Below are positions 20,830 through 28,565 of a stretch of 32,000 bases of DNA, piece after piece. The notes below the pieces were generated by a model. It was given only the letters and a program-made list of their open reading frames with translations. It ran no database searches and was not told where the DNA came from. The DNA comes from Mycolicibacterium smegmatis (GTDB taxonomy: Bacteria; Actinomycetota; Actinomycetes; Mycobacteriales; Mycobacteriaceae), in the NCBI RefSeq assembly GCF_001457595.1, contig NZ_LN831039.1, positions 2,190,001-2,222,000 on the forward strand, in the 5' to 3' direction. The translations under genes and the position numbers were made by a program. The first letter of the stretch is position 1. Each line of letters begins with the position of its first letter.

Positions 20830-22161
20830 CTACACACCTGCCCCTTCGGTGGCCATCAGCGTCGAGGCATGTGGATCGAACGGACAGCCTCCGTCCAGAT
20901 GGGCCACGTACTCGTCCCGGAAATGCTTGATCGAGGACATGATCGGGCTGGCCGCGCCATCGCCCAGCGCGCAGAACGACTTTCCGAAGATGTTGTCGGA
21001 GATGTCGAGCAGCTTGTCGATGTCGGCCTCGGTGCCCGCGCCGTTCTCCAGCCGTGCGTAGATCTGCGCCAGCCAGTAGGTGCCCTCGCGGCACGGTGTG
21101 CACTTGCCGCACGACTCGTGGGCGTAGAACTGCGTCCAGCGGCGCACCGCGCGGACCACGCACGTGGTCTCGTCGAAGATCTGCAGTGCCTTGGTACCCA
21201 GCATCGATCCGACCGAGGCCATGCCCTCGTAGTCCAGTGGCACGTCGAGGTGTTCGGCCGTCAGCAACGGTGTCGACGATCCGCCAGGCGTCCAGAACTT
21301 CAGCTGATGCCCGGCCCGAACTCCGCCGGCATATTCGAGGAGTTCGCGCAGCGTGATACCGAGCGGCGCCTCGTACTGGCCGGGGCGTGTGACGTGTCCG
21401 GACAGCGAATACAGCGTGAAGCCAGGCGATTTCTCCGAACCCATCGACCGGAACCAGTCGACACCGTTGACCATGATCGGCGGCACGCTCGCGATGGACT
21501 CGACGTTGTTGACCACCGTGGGGCACGCGTAGAGGCCCGCCACCGCGGGGAACGGCGGCCGCAGCCGAGGCTGCCCGCGCCGGCCCTCGAGCGAATCGAG
21601 TAGCGCGGTCTCCTCACCGCAGATGTACGCGCCCGCACCGGCATGCACGATCAGGTCCAGGTCGAAACCCGACCCCATGATGTCGGTGCCCAGATATCCG
21701 GCCGCGTAGGCCTCGGCGACCGCGGCCTGCAACCGCCGCAATACCGGCAGCACCTCGCCGCGCACGTAGATGAACGCGTGCCTGGCCCGGATCGCGTACG
21801 CCGCGATGATCGCGCCCTCGACCAGGAAGTGCGGTGTGGTCAGCAGCAGCGGAATGTCCTTGCACGTACCGGGTTCGGACTCGTCGGCGTTGATCACCAG
21901 ATAGTGCGGTTTGGCGGCGGGCCCGCCCGCGGGTTGGTCGCCGCGCTCCTGCGGGATGAACGACCACTTGGTGCCGGTGGGAAATCCCGCGCCGCCGCGA
22001 CCGCGCAGGCCCGAATCCTTGACGAACGCGATGACGTCGTCCGGCCCCATCGACAGGGCGCGCTGCAGTCCCTGGTACCCGTCGTGGCGGCGGTAGGTCT
22101 CCAGCGTCCACGGTTCGGGTTCGTCCCAGAACCTGCTGAGCACCGGGGTGAGCGGGGTCAT
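20830..22161 (-). CDS. nuoF: NADH-quinone oxidoreductase subunit F (NADH/FMN-binding, 51-kDa)
   Basis: It has [16 protein letters not shown] (FMN/NADH site) and [12 protein letters not shown] (4Fe-4S). Its ATG overlaps the nuoE TGA (ATGA at 22158-22161). Confidence 0.96.
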   Translation of the reverse strand: MTPLTPVLSRFWDEPEPWTLETYRRHDGYQGLQRALSMGPDDVIAFVKDSGLRGRGGAGFPTGTKWSFIPQERGDQPAGGPAAKPHYLVINADESEPGTCKDIPLLLTTPHFLVEGAIIAAYAIRARHAFIYVRGEVLPVLRRLQAAVAEAYAAGYLGTDIMGSGFDLDLIVHAGAGAYICGEETALLDSLEGRRGQPRLRPPFPAVAGLYACPTVVNNVESIASVPPIMVNGVDWFRSMGSEKSPGFTLYSLSGHVTRPGQYEAPLGITLRELLEYAGGVRAGHQLKFWTPGGSSTPLLTAEHLDVPLDYEGMASVGSMLGTKALQIFDETTCVVRAVRRWTQFYAHESCGKCTPCREGTYWLAQIYARLENGAGTEADIDKLLDISDNIFGKSFCALGDGAASPIMSSIKHFRDEYVAHLDGGCPFDPHASTLMATEGAGV

Positions 22162-22895
22162 GAGGCCGAACCGTTCGTCTGGGGCGGGGTGGGTGCGGTC
22201 ATGCCGCGCTCACGGGCCAGTCGCAGACCCGCCAGCGTGGCCGCGCCCGGCGCACCGCCTGGTGCGTTCGGATCGGTGAGACCGGCAAGGGTGCGGGCGG
22301 TTTCGCGGAACGTGCACAGCGATCCGCGTGTGGGCGGCGGCGGCGATCCCGACCGCAGACCGTCGACGAGATCGCGGGCCGACGACGGTGTCTGGTTGTC
22401 GTAGAACTCCCAGTTCACCATCACCACCGGCGCGTAGTCACACGCGGCGTTGCACTCGAGGTGTTCCAGCGTGACCCGGCCGTCGGGCGTGGTCTCGCCC
22501 GGATGCACGCCGAGGTGGTCTTCGAGCGCCTCGAGGATCGCGTCGCCGCCCATGATCGCGCACAGGGTGTTGGTGCACACACCGACGAGGTAGTCGCCGG
22601 TCGGGGTGCGGCGGTACATCGAGTAGAAGGTCGCGACCGCCGTCACCTCGGCCTCGGTGAGCCCCAATTGTGCTGCACAGAAACCGATCCCGGCCGGGGT
22701 GAGATATCCGTCCTGTGCCTGGACCAGGTGCAGCAGCGGCAGCAGTGCCGACCGGGCGTCGGGGTACCGCGCGATGATCTGCTCGGCATCGGCCCGCAGG
22801 CTTCCGGTGACGTCGTCGGGATACGTCGCGGGTCCGCTGATCGGCGGACCCGCTTCGTCCGGGCGTTGGCCCAGTTCCAGGAACACCTCGCTCAC
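22158..22895 (-). CDS. nuoE: NADH-quinone oxidoreductase subunit E (24-kDa, 2Fe-2S)
   Basis: It has RSALLPLLHLVQ, the GVCTNTLCAIMGG ... LECNAACDYAPV cysteine pattern, and VMVNWEFYDNQTP. I prefer the GTG at 22895, which has GAGGAG 6 nt upstream. The in-frame TTG codons at 22916 and 22949 are alternative starts lying inside the tandem repeat. Confidence 0.88.
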   Translation of the reverse strand: MSEVFLELGQRPDEAGPPISGPATYPDDVTGSLRADAEQIIARYPDARSALLPLLHLVQAQDGYLTPAGIGFCAAQLGLTEAEVTAVATFYSMYRRTPTGDYLVGVCTNTLCAIMGGDAILEALEDHLGVHPGETTPDGRVTLEHLECNAACDYAPVVMVNWEFYDNQTPSSARDLVDGLRSGSPPPPTRGSLCTFRETARTLAGLTDPNAPGGAPGAATLAGLRLARERGMTAPTPPQTNGSAS

Positions 22896-22957
22896 AGCAG
22901 TCTCCTCTTCGCGCAAGCGCTCATCAGCCGTGGTTTCCTCTTCGCGCAAGCGCTCAT
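22892..22957 (-). other. 21-codon mini-ORF spanning the nuoD-nuoE spacer ([21 protein letters not shown]); translation unproven
   Basis: Its ATG (22957-22955) overlaps the nuoD TGA by 1 nt (TGATG). Its TGA (22894-22892) overlaps the candidate nuoE GTG (22895-22893) as GTGA. The peptide repeats internally because of the 33-bp duplication. Confidence 0.2.
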
Positions 22958-22965
22958 CAGCGGTC
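22900..22965 (-). repeat. 33-bp tandem direct duplication (2 copies, 30/33 identical, 26-nt perfect core) at the nuoD stop / nuoE start junction
   Basis: Position-by-position comparison of p against p+33 shows that 22903-22928 equals 22936-22961 exactly. The core on the minus strand is GCTGATGAGCGCTTGCGCGAAGAGGA. The upstream copy contains the real nuoD stop. Confidence 0.92.
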
Positions 22966-24285
22966 CACTCCGCCCATCACAGGGTCGATCGAGGCCACCG
23001 CGGCGATCGCGTCGGCCACCATGCCGCCCTCGCACATCGCCGCCACCGCTTGCAGATTGGTGAAGGACGGATCGCGGTAGTGCACGCGGTAGGGCCGGGT
23101 GCCGCCGTCGGAGACCATGTGCACGCCGAGTTCACCTCGCGGGGATTCGACGGCGACGTACACCTGCCCCGGTGGTACGCGGATGCCTTCGGTGACGAGC
23201 TTGAAGTGGTGGATCAGGCCCTCCATCGAGTGGCCCATGATCTTGGCGATGTGCTCGGGCGAGTTGCCCAGGCCGTCGGGCCCCAATTTGAGATCGGCCG
23301 GCCACGCCAGTTTCTTGTCGCTGATCATCACCGGCCCGGGCTTCAGCTTTTCCAGGCACTGTTCGACGATCTTCACCGACTCGTGCATCTCCTTGACCCG
23401 GATGATGTACCGGCCGTAGGAGTCGCAACGGTCGTCGGTGATGACGTCGAATTCGTAGTTCTCGTAACCGCAGTACGGCTGTGCCTTGCGCAGATCGTGC
23501 GGCAGACCGGTGGACCGCAGGATCGGACCGGTGATGCCCAGCGCCATACAGCCGGTGAGATCCAGGTAGCCGACCCCGACCGTGCGGGCCTTCCAGATGT
23601 AGTTCTCGTTGAGCAGATCTTCCAGATCCTTGAGGCGTTTCGGCAGGATCTCGACCAGCCTGCGCACCTGCGTGATCGCGTCGTCGGGCAGGTCGGCGGC
23701 CAGACCGCCGGGACGGATGTAGGCATGGTTCATCCGCAGACCGGTGATCGACTCGAAGACCCGCAGGATCTCCTCGCGTTCACGGAAGCCGTAGAACATG
23801 GCGCTCATCGCGCCCAGTTCCATCCCGCCGGTGGCCAGCGCCACCAGATGCGAGGAGATCCGGTTGAGTTCCATGAGCATCACGCGGATCACGCTGGCGC
23901 GCTCGGGGATGTCGTCGGTGATCCCCAGCAGTTTCTCCACGCCCAGGCAGTACGCCGTCTCGTTGAAAAACGGTGACAGGTAGTCCATCCGGGTGACGAA
24001 CGTGACGCCCTGCGTCCAGTTGCGGTACTCGAGGTTCTTCTCGATGCCGGTGTGCAGGTAGCCGATACCGCACCGGGCCTCGGTGATGATCTCGCCCTCG
24101 ATCTCCAGGATCAGCCGCAGCACTCCGTGGGTGGACGGATGCTGCGGGCCCATGTTGACCACGATCCGTTCGCCGGCCTGCGCCGCCGCGCCTGCCCGCG
24201 CGGCGGCGACCACCTCGTGCCAGTCGTTGCCGCCGACGACGACAACCTTCTCCCCGCCGTCGGGCGGGACCGTCGATGTACTCAT
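22957..24285 (-). CDS. nuoD: NADH-quinone oxidoreductase subunit D (49-kDa)
   Basis: It has the signatures [15 protein letters not shown] and YIRPGG, and ends ...DPVMGGVDR. Its ATG at 24285 overlaps the nuoC TGA (TGATG). It ends in tandem stops (TGATGA). The 119-codon upstream extension in the track is rejected. Confidence 0.95.
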   Translation of the reverse strand: MSTSTVPPDGGEKVVVVGGNDWHEVVAAARAGAAAQAGERIVVNMGPQHPSTHGVLRLILEIEGEIITEARCGIGYLHTGIEKNLEYRNWTQGVTFVTRMDYLSPFFNETAYCLGVEKLLGITDDIPERASVIRVMLMELNRISSHLVALATGGMELGAMSAMFYGFREREEILRVFESITGLRMNHAYIRPGGLAADLPDDAITQVRRLVEILPKRLKDLEDLLNENYIWKARTVGVGYLDLTGCMALGITGPILRSTGLPHDLRKAQPYCGYENYEFDVITDDRCDSYGRYIIRVKEMHESVKIVEQCLEKLKPGPVMISDKKLAWPADLKLGPDGLGNSPEHIAKIMGHSMEGLIHHFKLVTEGIRVPPGQVYVAVESPRGELGVHMVSDGGTRPYRVHYRDPSFTNLQAVAAMCEGGMVADAIAAVASIDPVMGGVDR

Positions 24286-25001
24286 CAGCTGTAGGACCTC
24301 CGCTGATCGGGCGGTGGGATCTGGGCGCCGTGGTATTCCACCGGAATACCGCCCAGCGGATAGTCTTTGCGCTGCGGGTGGCCTTCCCAGTCGTCGGGCA
24401 TCTCGATACGTGTCAGCGACGGATGCCCGTCGAAGATGATCCCGAAGAAGTCGTAGGTCTCCCGCTCGTGCCAGTCGGTGGTGGGGTAGACGGCGTACAA
24501 CGACGGGATGTGCGGATCGGCATCCGGCGCCGCGGCCTCCAGCTGGAGGCGGCGGTTGTGGGTGATCGACATCAGCGGGTACACGGCGTGCAACTCGCGT
24601 CCGGTGTCCTCGGGGTAGTGCACGCCGCTGACACCCAGGCACAGTTCGAAGCGCAGGTCCGGATCGTCGCGCAATACGCTTGCCACCGCGGGCAGTTGCA
24701 CGCGCGAGACCTCGATGGTCAGCTGGTCGCGGTACACCACGACGCGTTCGATCGACATCGCGTACCGTTCCTCGCCGAGCACCTCGGCCAGCCGGTCCAT
24801 CACGGCGTCGAAATAACCCCCGTACGGCTGCGGTGTGCTGCCGGGCAGTGCGACCGGACGCACCAGACGCCCGTATCCGGACGTGTCGCCGGTGTCCCGG
24901 TTGCCGAACATCCCGCGGCGTACCGCGATGATCTCCGGGTCGTCACCGCGGGGCAGGCCGGCGCCGTTGGTGCCGTTGGCGGATCCGTTGGAGGTGCTCA
25001 C
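24285..25001 (-). CDS. nuoC: NADH-quinone oxidoreductase subunit C (30-kDa)
   Basis: It has the motifs [18 protein letters not shown] and DYPLGG. The GTG at 25001 overlaps the nuoB TGA (GTGA). It has a Gly/Asn/Ser-rich N-terminal tail. Confidence 0.93.
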   Translation of the reverse strand: MSTSNGSANGTNGAGLPRGDDPEIIAVRRGMFGNRDTGDTSGYGRLVRPVALPGSTPQPYGGYFDAVMDRLAEVLGEERYAMSIERVVVYRDQLTIEVSRVQLPAVASVLRDDPDLRFELCLGVSGVHYPEDTGRELHAVYPLMSITHNRRLQLEAAAPDADPHIPSLYAVYPTTDWHERETYDFFGIIFDGHPSLTRIEMPDDWEGHPQRKDYPLGGIPVEYHGAQIPPPDQRRSYS

Positions 25002-25552
25002 CGCAACAGCCCCTTGAGTTCGATGGTGGGCGGTACGGCCAGGGCGGCCTGTTCGGCCTCCCGGATGGCCTCCTCGCGGTTCACCCCGAGCGGCATCTGC
25101 TGAATCTTGTCGTGCAGCTTGAGAATTGCGTGCAGCAGCATCTCGGGGCGTGGTGGGCACCCGGGCAGGTAGATGTCGACGGGCACCACGTGGTCGACAC
25201 CCTGCACCACCGCGTAGTTGTTGAACATGCCACCGGAGGATGCGCAGACCCCCATGGCCAGCACCCATTTCGGTTCGACCATCTGGTCGTAGATCTGGCG
25301 CAGCACCGGGGCCATCTTCTGGCTGACGCGGCCCGCGACGATCATCAGATCGGCCTGCCGCGGTGTCGCGGAGAACCGCTCCATGCCGAACCGGGCAATG
25401 TCGAAGCGCGGTCCGGCCGTTGACATCATCTCGATCGCGCAGCAGGCCAGACCGAACGTCGCGGGCCACAGCGAACCTTTGCGGACATATCCGGCAACCG
25501 TCTCGACCGTCGACAGCAGGATTCCGCCGGGCAGACGTTCTTCTAGTCCCAA
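24998..25552 (-). CDS. nuoB: NADH-quinone oxidoreductase subunit B (20-kDa, N2 cluster)
   Basis: The 184-aa protein starts (TTG)[16 protein letters not shown] and carries [10 protein letters not shown] and [10 protein letters not shown]. The TTG start at 25552 lies 10 nt inside the nuoA 3' end. The length and N-terminus match mycobacterial NuoB as I recall it. Confidence 0.93.
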
Positions 25553-25911
25553 TTCAGGCCCCCTCGCCGCCAGACATAGGCGTATGCCACGAACACCGTG
25601 AGCATGAACAGCAGCATCTCGATCACCGCGAACAGTCCCAGGCTGTCGAAGGCCACCGCCCACGGGTACAGGAAGACGATCTCGATGTCGAAGACGATGA
25701 ACAACATCGCGATCAGGTAGTACCGGATCGGTATGCGCTGGCCGGTCAGGCCCGCGGCGACGGGCGGCAGGGGGTCGATGCCGCATTCGTAGGCTTCGAG
25801 TTTCGACCGGTTGAAGCGCCGTGGGCCGATCACGAGGGCGATCCCCACGGATACCACGGCGAAAACGGCCGCGATCGCCCCCAGAATGAGGATTGGCGTG
25901 TACAGAGCCAT
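25543..25911 (-). CDS. nuoA: NADH-quinone oxidoreductase subunit A
   Basis: It reads [22 protein letters not shown]...YECGI...[23 protein letters not shown]...[11 protein letters not shown] chose the ATG at 25911 over 25986 by comparison with the usual length of about 120-130 aa. Confidence 0.92.
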
Positions 25912-25957
25912 ACGCGCGACGCTCCCTAAGGTGGGCTGTCCATGTGAGCTAACCCAC

Positions 25958-25986
25958 AGCCTAGCGAGCTTTGCGGCCTGTGCCAC
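25958..25986 (-). promoter_or_regulatory. Candidate nuo operon promoter (-35 GTGGCA, 17-nt spacer, -10 TAGGCT on the minus strand)
   Basis: The plus-strand sequences are tgccac (25981-25986) and agccta (25958-25963). The -10 fits TANNNT. This would give a 5' UTR of roughly 40 nt with GGGAG about 10 nt upstream of the nuoA ATG. This is pattern matching only. Confidence 0.3.
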
Positions 25987-26017
25987 ACATTTTGGTTAGT
26001 ATCGTTTCGTAACGGGG

Positions 26018-26066
26018 CAGCGGACAACTGCCGCTGTAGCCGTGCCGCCAACCATCAACGGCGGCA
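26018..26066 (-). terminator. Two GC-rich hairpins downstream of the response-regulator gene and upstream of the putative nuo promoter
   Basis: The first stem is CAGCGG (26018-26023) with CCGCTG (26031-26036) and a 7-nt loop. The second stem is TGCCGCC (26043-26049) with GGCGGCA (26060-26066) and a 10-nt loop. There is no U-tract, which is common for mycobacterial I-shaped terminators. Confidence 0.3.
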
Positions 26067-26095
26067 GCGTGATTCGCGGGAAGTTTCGCTGAGAA

Positions 26096-26494
26096 CTACT
26101 GGGCCGGCGCCCGCAGCAGCGACACGACGGCGTCGCTCAGCCGGATCGGGTCGATCGGGTGCGGGACGGCCGCCTCGGCGCGTGACCACTTGGCCAACCA
26201 GGCGTCGTCGGCCCGGCCGGTGAGCACCAGGATCGGCGGGCAGTCGTCGATTTCGTCCTTGACCTGCTTGGCGACGCCCATCCCGCCGGCCGGGGTGGCC
26301 TCGCCGTCGAGGATCGCCAGATCGAACCCGCCCGCGTCCATCTGCGAGATCGCCATGGGCGCCGTCGCGACGTCGACATACTCGATCTCGGGAAGTTCCG
26401 GGTGGATCCGTTTGCCCAACGCGAGCCGCACCTGCTCACGGGTGCGCGGATTGTCGCTGTACACAAGGATGCGCAGCGGCGCGGAGCCGGCCAT
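26096..26494 (-). CDS. Orphan single-domain response regulator (receiver only), positional equivalent of M. tuberculosis Rv3143
   Basis: The 132-aa protein has a CheY-like layout: ILVYSDNP, FDLAILDGE (phospho-acceptor Asp), PILVLTGR (Thr) and AVPHPIDP (the KP motif is HP here). It has no output domain and sits immediately upstream of nuoA on the same strand. Confidence 0.85.
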   Translation of the reverse strand: MAGSAPLRILVYSDNPRTREQVRLALGKRIHPELPEIEYVDVATAPMAISQMDAGGFDLAILDGEATPAGGMGVAKQVKDEIDDCPPILVLTGRADDAWLAKWSRAEAAVPHPIDPIRLSDAVVSLLRAPAQ

Positions 26495-26500
26495 ACGGCG

Positions 26501-26506
26501 ATGCTA
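26501..26506 (-). promoter_or_regulatory. Candidate -10 hexamer (TAGCAT on the minus strand) placing the transcription start at the response-regulator ATG (leaderless mRNA)
   Basis: The minus strand reads GCAG-TAGCAT-CGCCGT-ATG. The A of the ATG is the 7th nt after the hexamer, and there is no Shine-Dalgarno. Confidence 0.4.
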
Positions 26507-26557
26507 CTGCCTTCTGCGGGGTGCGACGGAGAAGTCGGTGAATTCTCTTGCGCCGCT

Positions 26558-27076
26558 TCAGCCCCGGGTGAACACCAGATCCGCCGCGACGTCGGTGGAC
26601 GTTCCCACCATGCCGACCATGTTGCCCGACACGCCGAAATCGCGCCGGTCCAGCGTGCACCCGCCCGACACCCGCAGGCTGCCGTCGTCGAGGACCTCCA
26701 CGCCGACGGACAGGCGCAGCGGCCGCGAGGTGCCCCGTACGGTCAGCGTCAGGTCCAGCAGCGCGCCGTTTCCCGACGGTTGCGCGCCGCTGACCTCTGC
26801 GGTGATCTCAGGGTGGGTTGCGGCGTCGAAGAAGTCGGCCGACCGCAGGTGCTCGTCGCGTTTGCCGATGCCCGTGCGCACCGACGCGACGGGTATCACG
26901 ACGCGGCCGGTCACACCGTCGTCGGCGATCGTCCCCGAACCGCTGACCTCGGTGAACGTGCCGTTGACCGGTATCAGCCCCCACATCGTCCTGGTGCGGA
27001 ACCGCACCATGGACCGGGCGGGAGCCAGTGTCCAGTTGCCGGTGCTCGCGGTGAGAAGGGTCTGCAGAGTGGTCAT
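26558..27076 (-). CDS. YceI-family (polyisoprenoid-binding-like) protein
   Basis: The 172-aa protein carries the typical YceI motifs W.L....S.V.F...HMWG...V.G.F and R.G....RDEHLRSADFFD (here GIGKRDEHLRSADFFDAATHPEI). GGAGG lies 4 nt upstream of the ATG. Confidence 0.85.
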   Translation of the reverse strand: MTTLQTLLTASTGNWTLAPARSMVRFRTRTMWGLIPVNGTFTEVSGSGTIADDGVTGRVVIPVASVRTGIGKRDEHLRSADFFDAATHPEITAEVSGAQPSGNGALLDLTLTVRGTSRPLRLSVGVEVLDDGSLRVSGGCTLDRRDFGVSGNMVGMVGTSTDVAADLVFTRG

Positions 27077-27107
27077 GGCGCCTCCGATCCGACGAGATCC
27101 GGTGAGA

Positions 27108-27509
27108 TCAGCTTCCCACCTGGTTCAGCAGCGGTGCGATGTCTTCGGGGTCGAAGTATTCGTCGACGCGGGTGATCAGGCCGTCGGCGCCCACCTTGAT
27201 GACGATGCAGACCCGCAGGTCGATCCGTGCGCCGTCGCGGCCGGTGGCATGCACGATGTGCTGCTGTACGAATCCGCCGTCGAAGAACTGCCGTTCCAGG
27301 ATCTCGTAGCGCCGCTGCGCGGTGGCATCGACGAACCAGTCGATGACGCGCAGCGCTCGGGCGCGCTCGTTGTCCCTGGGGTCACCGGAATGCCACACCC
27401 TGACGTCCTCGGACCACAGGGCGGCGACCGCGGCGCGGTCGCTGCGCTCGATCGCGCCGAACAAGCGGTTCGCGACATCGTCCAACTGGTCGACATCGAT
27501 CACGGGCAT
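27108..27509 (-). CDS. NTF2/SnoaL-like fold protein (133 aa)
   Basis: It is small and has the typical pattern LF.AIE..D..AVAALWSEDV.VWH...... of SnoaL/NTF2-like proteins. The start is set at ATG 27509 with AAGGTGG upstream. ATG 27545 is an alternative. Confidence 0.65.
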   Translation of the reverse strand: MPVIDVDQLDDVANRLFGAIERSDRAAVAALWSEDVRVWHSGDPRDNERARALRVIDWFVDATAQRRYEILERQFFDGGFVQQHIVHATGRDGARIDLRVCIVIKVGADGLITRVDEYFDPEDIAPLLNQVGS

Positions 27510-27565
27510 CGATCCACCTTTCCGGGGCTTGACCTCAAGTGACATTCAGGTTGAAGACTGGGGGC

Positions 27566-28201
27566 ATGGACACGACACCGACACGCGAATTGTTCGACCA
27601 AGCCTACGAATCCCGCACCGCGCCCTGGGTGATCGGCGAGCCGCAACCGGCGGTCATCGAGTTGGAGCGCGCAGGTTCGATCCGCAGCCAGGTGCTCGAC
27701 GTGGGTTGCGGCGCCGGGGAACACACGATCCTGCTGACGCGTCTGGGGTATGACGTCCTCGGCATCGACTTCTCGCCGCAGGCCATCGAGATGGCGCGCG
27801 AGAACGCCACGCGCCAGGCCGTCGACGCCCGGTTCGCGGTCGGTGACGCGATGGCTCTCGGTGACCTCGGTGACGGGGCCTACGACACGATTCTCGACAG
27901 CGCGCTGTTCCACATCTTCGACGACGCCGACCGGCGAACCTATGTCGCGAGCCTGCACGCGGGCTGCCGGCCGGGTGGCACGGTCCACATCCTGGCGCTC
28001 TCGGATGCCGGCCGTGGATTCGGGCCCGAGGTCAGCGAAGAGCAGATCCGGCAGGCGTTCGGTGACGGCTGGGAACTGGAGGCGCTCGCGACGACCACCT
28101 ACCGGGGCGTGGTGGGCCCGGCGCACGCCGAGGCCATCGGACTGCCGGTGGACACGCAGGTCGACGAACCCGCGTGGCTGGCGCGGGCACGTCGGCTCTG
28201 A
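27566..28201 (+). CDS. Class I SAM-dependent methyltransferase
   Basis: It has SAM motif I VLDVGCGAGEHTILL, an acidic post-I residue in LGIDFS, and DTILDSALFH. The start is set at MDTTPT (ATG 27566). GTG 27539 is an alternative. Confidence 0.85.
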   Translation: MDTTPTRELFDQAYESRTAPWVIGEPQPAVIELERAGSIRSQVLDVGCGAGEHTILLTRLGYDVLGIDFSPQAIEMARENATRQAVDARFAVGDAMALGDLGDGAYDTILDSALFHIFDDADRRTYVASLHAGCRPGGTVHILALSDAGRGFGPEVSEEQIRQAFGDGWELEALATTTYRGVVGPAHAEAIGLPVDTQVDEPAWLARARRL

Positions 28202-28208
28202 GCCGCTC

Positions 28209-28565
28209 CTACGGCGTGTCATAACCCGGGTGGGCCACGTCGAGACGGCGTTTCACCAACGCCCGCAGGCACGCGGTCACCTCGTCGGGACGGTCGTCGA
28301 GGTCACCGGCGCGGATCGCGGCGGCGAGCGCGGTCTCGTCGTCGAATCCGAGTCGGTGCACCGCTTCCAACACCTCGGCCGGATGATCGGCGAGCAGTTC
28401 ACGTTCGACCATCCGCAGCGCATTGGCCGCGACCCTGGCGTGAAAGTTCACCGCTCCCGCGCTCGCACCTGCGTCCTTTGTCGCGGCGCGGACATCGGTG
28501 TCGAGGAACTCGGCGACCGCGGCCACCAGTTCGGCCGCGGTCGGGCGGCCGTACAGACCGGTCAT
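28209..28565 (-). CDS. Small 118-aa helical protein (DUF6285-like), overlap-coupled partner of the upstream kinase gene
   Basis: Its ATG at 28565 overlaps the kinase TGA (ATGA, 28562-28565). Its composition is Ala/Leu/Glu/Arg-rich and helical. The family name is recalled from typical actinobacterial annotations and is unverified. Confidence 0.7.
   Translation of the reverse strand: MTGLYGRPTAAELVAAVAEFLDTDVRAATKDAGASAGAVNFHARVAANALRMVERELLADHPAEVLEAVHRLGFDDETALAAAIRAGDLDDRPDEVTACLRALVKRRLDVAHPGYDTP

Noticed and set aside
20742-20837. An N-terminal extension of nuoG from GTG 20837, which would overlap nuoF by 8 nt and restore direct coupling.
   Set aside because: The extra 32 residues ([32 protein letters not shown]) are Arg-rich. 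Their third-position GC is about 68%, below that of the neighbouring genes. GTG 20741 has a good SD and gives an N-terminal length matching M. tuberculosis NuoG as I recall it. I have not formally excluded the extension; see the nuoF/nuoG finding.
18339-20930. An 863-aa ORF antisense to nuoG.
   Set aside because: It lies entirely opposite a gene with unmistakable NuoG Fe-S motifs. Its translation is Arg/Gly/His-rich with no recognisable domain. It is a high-GC antisense ORF artefact.
10993-23976. Numerous other long shadow ORFs across the nuo operon, for example 10993-12120(+), 13621-14406(+), 14458-15516(+), 14195-15421(-), 17071-18102(+), 17312-18388(-), 21643-22404(+) and 22657-23976(+).
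   Set aside because: Each overlaps a Nuo subunit gene that has clear signatures. Their compositions are dominated by Arg, Gly, Pro and His, as expected for off-frame translation of GC-rich coding DNA.
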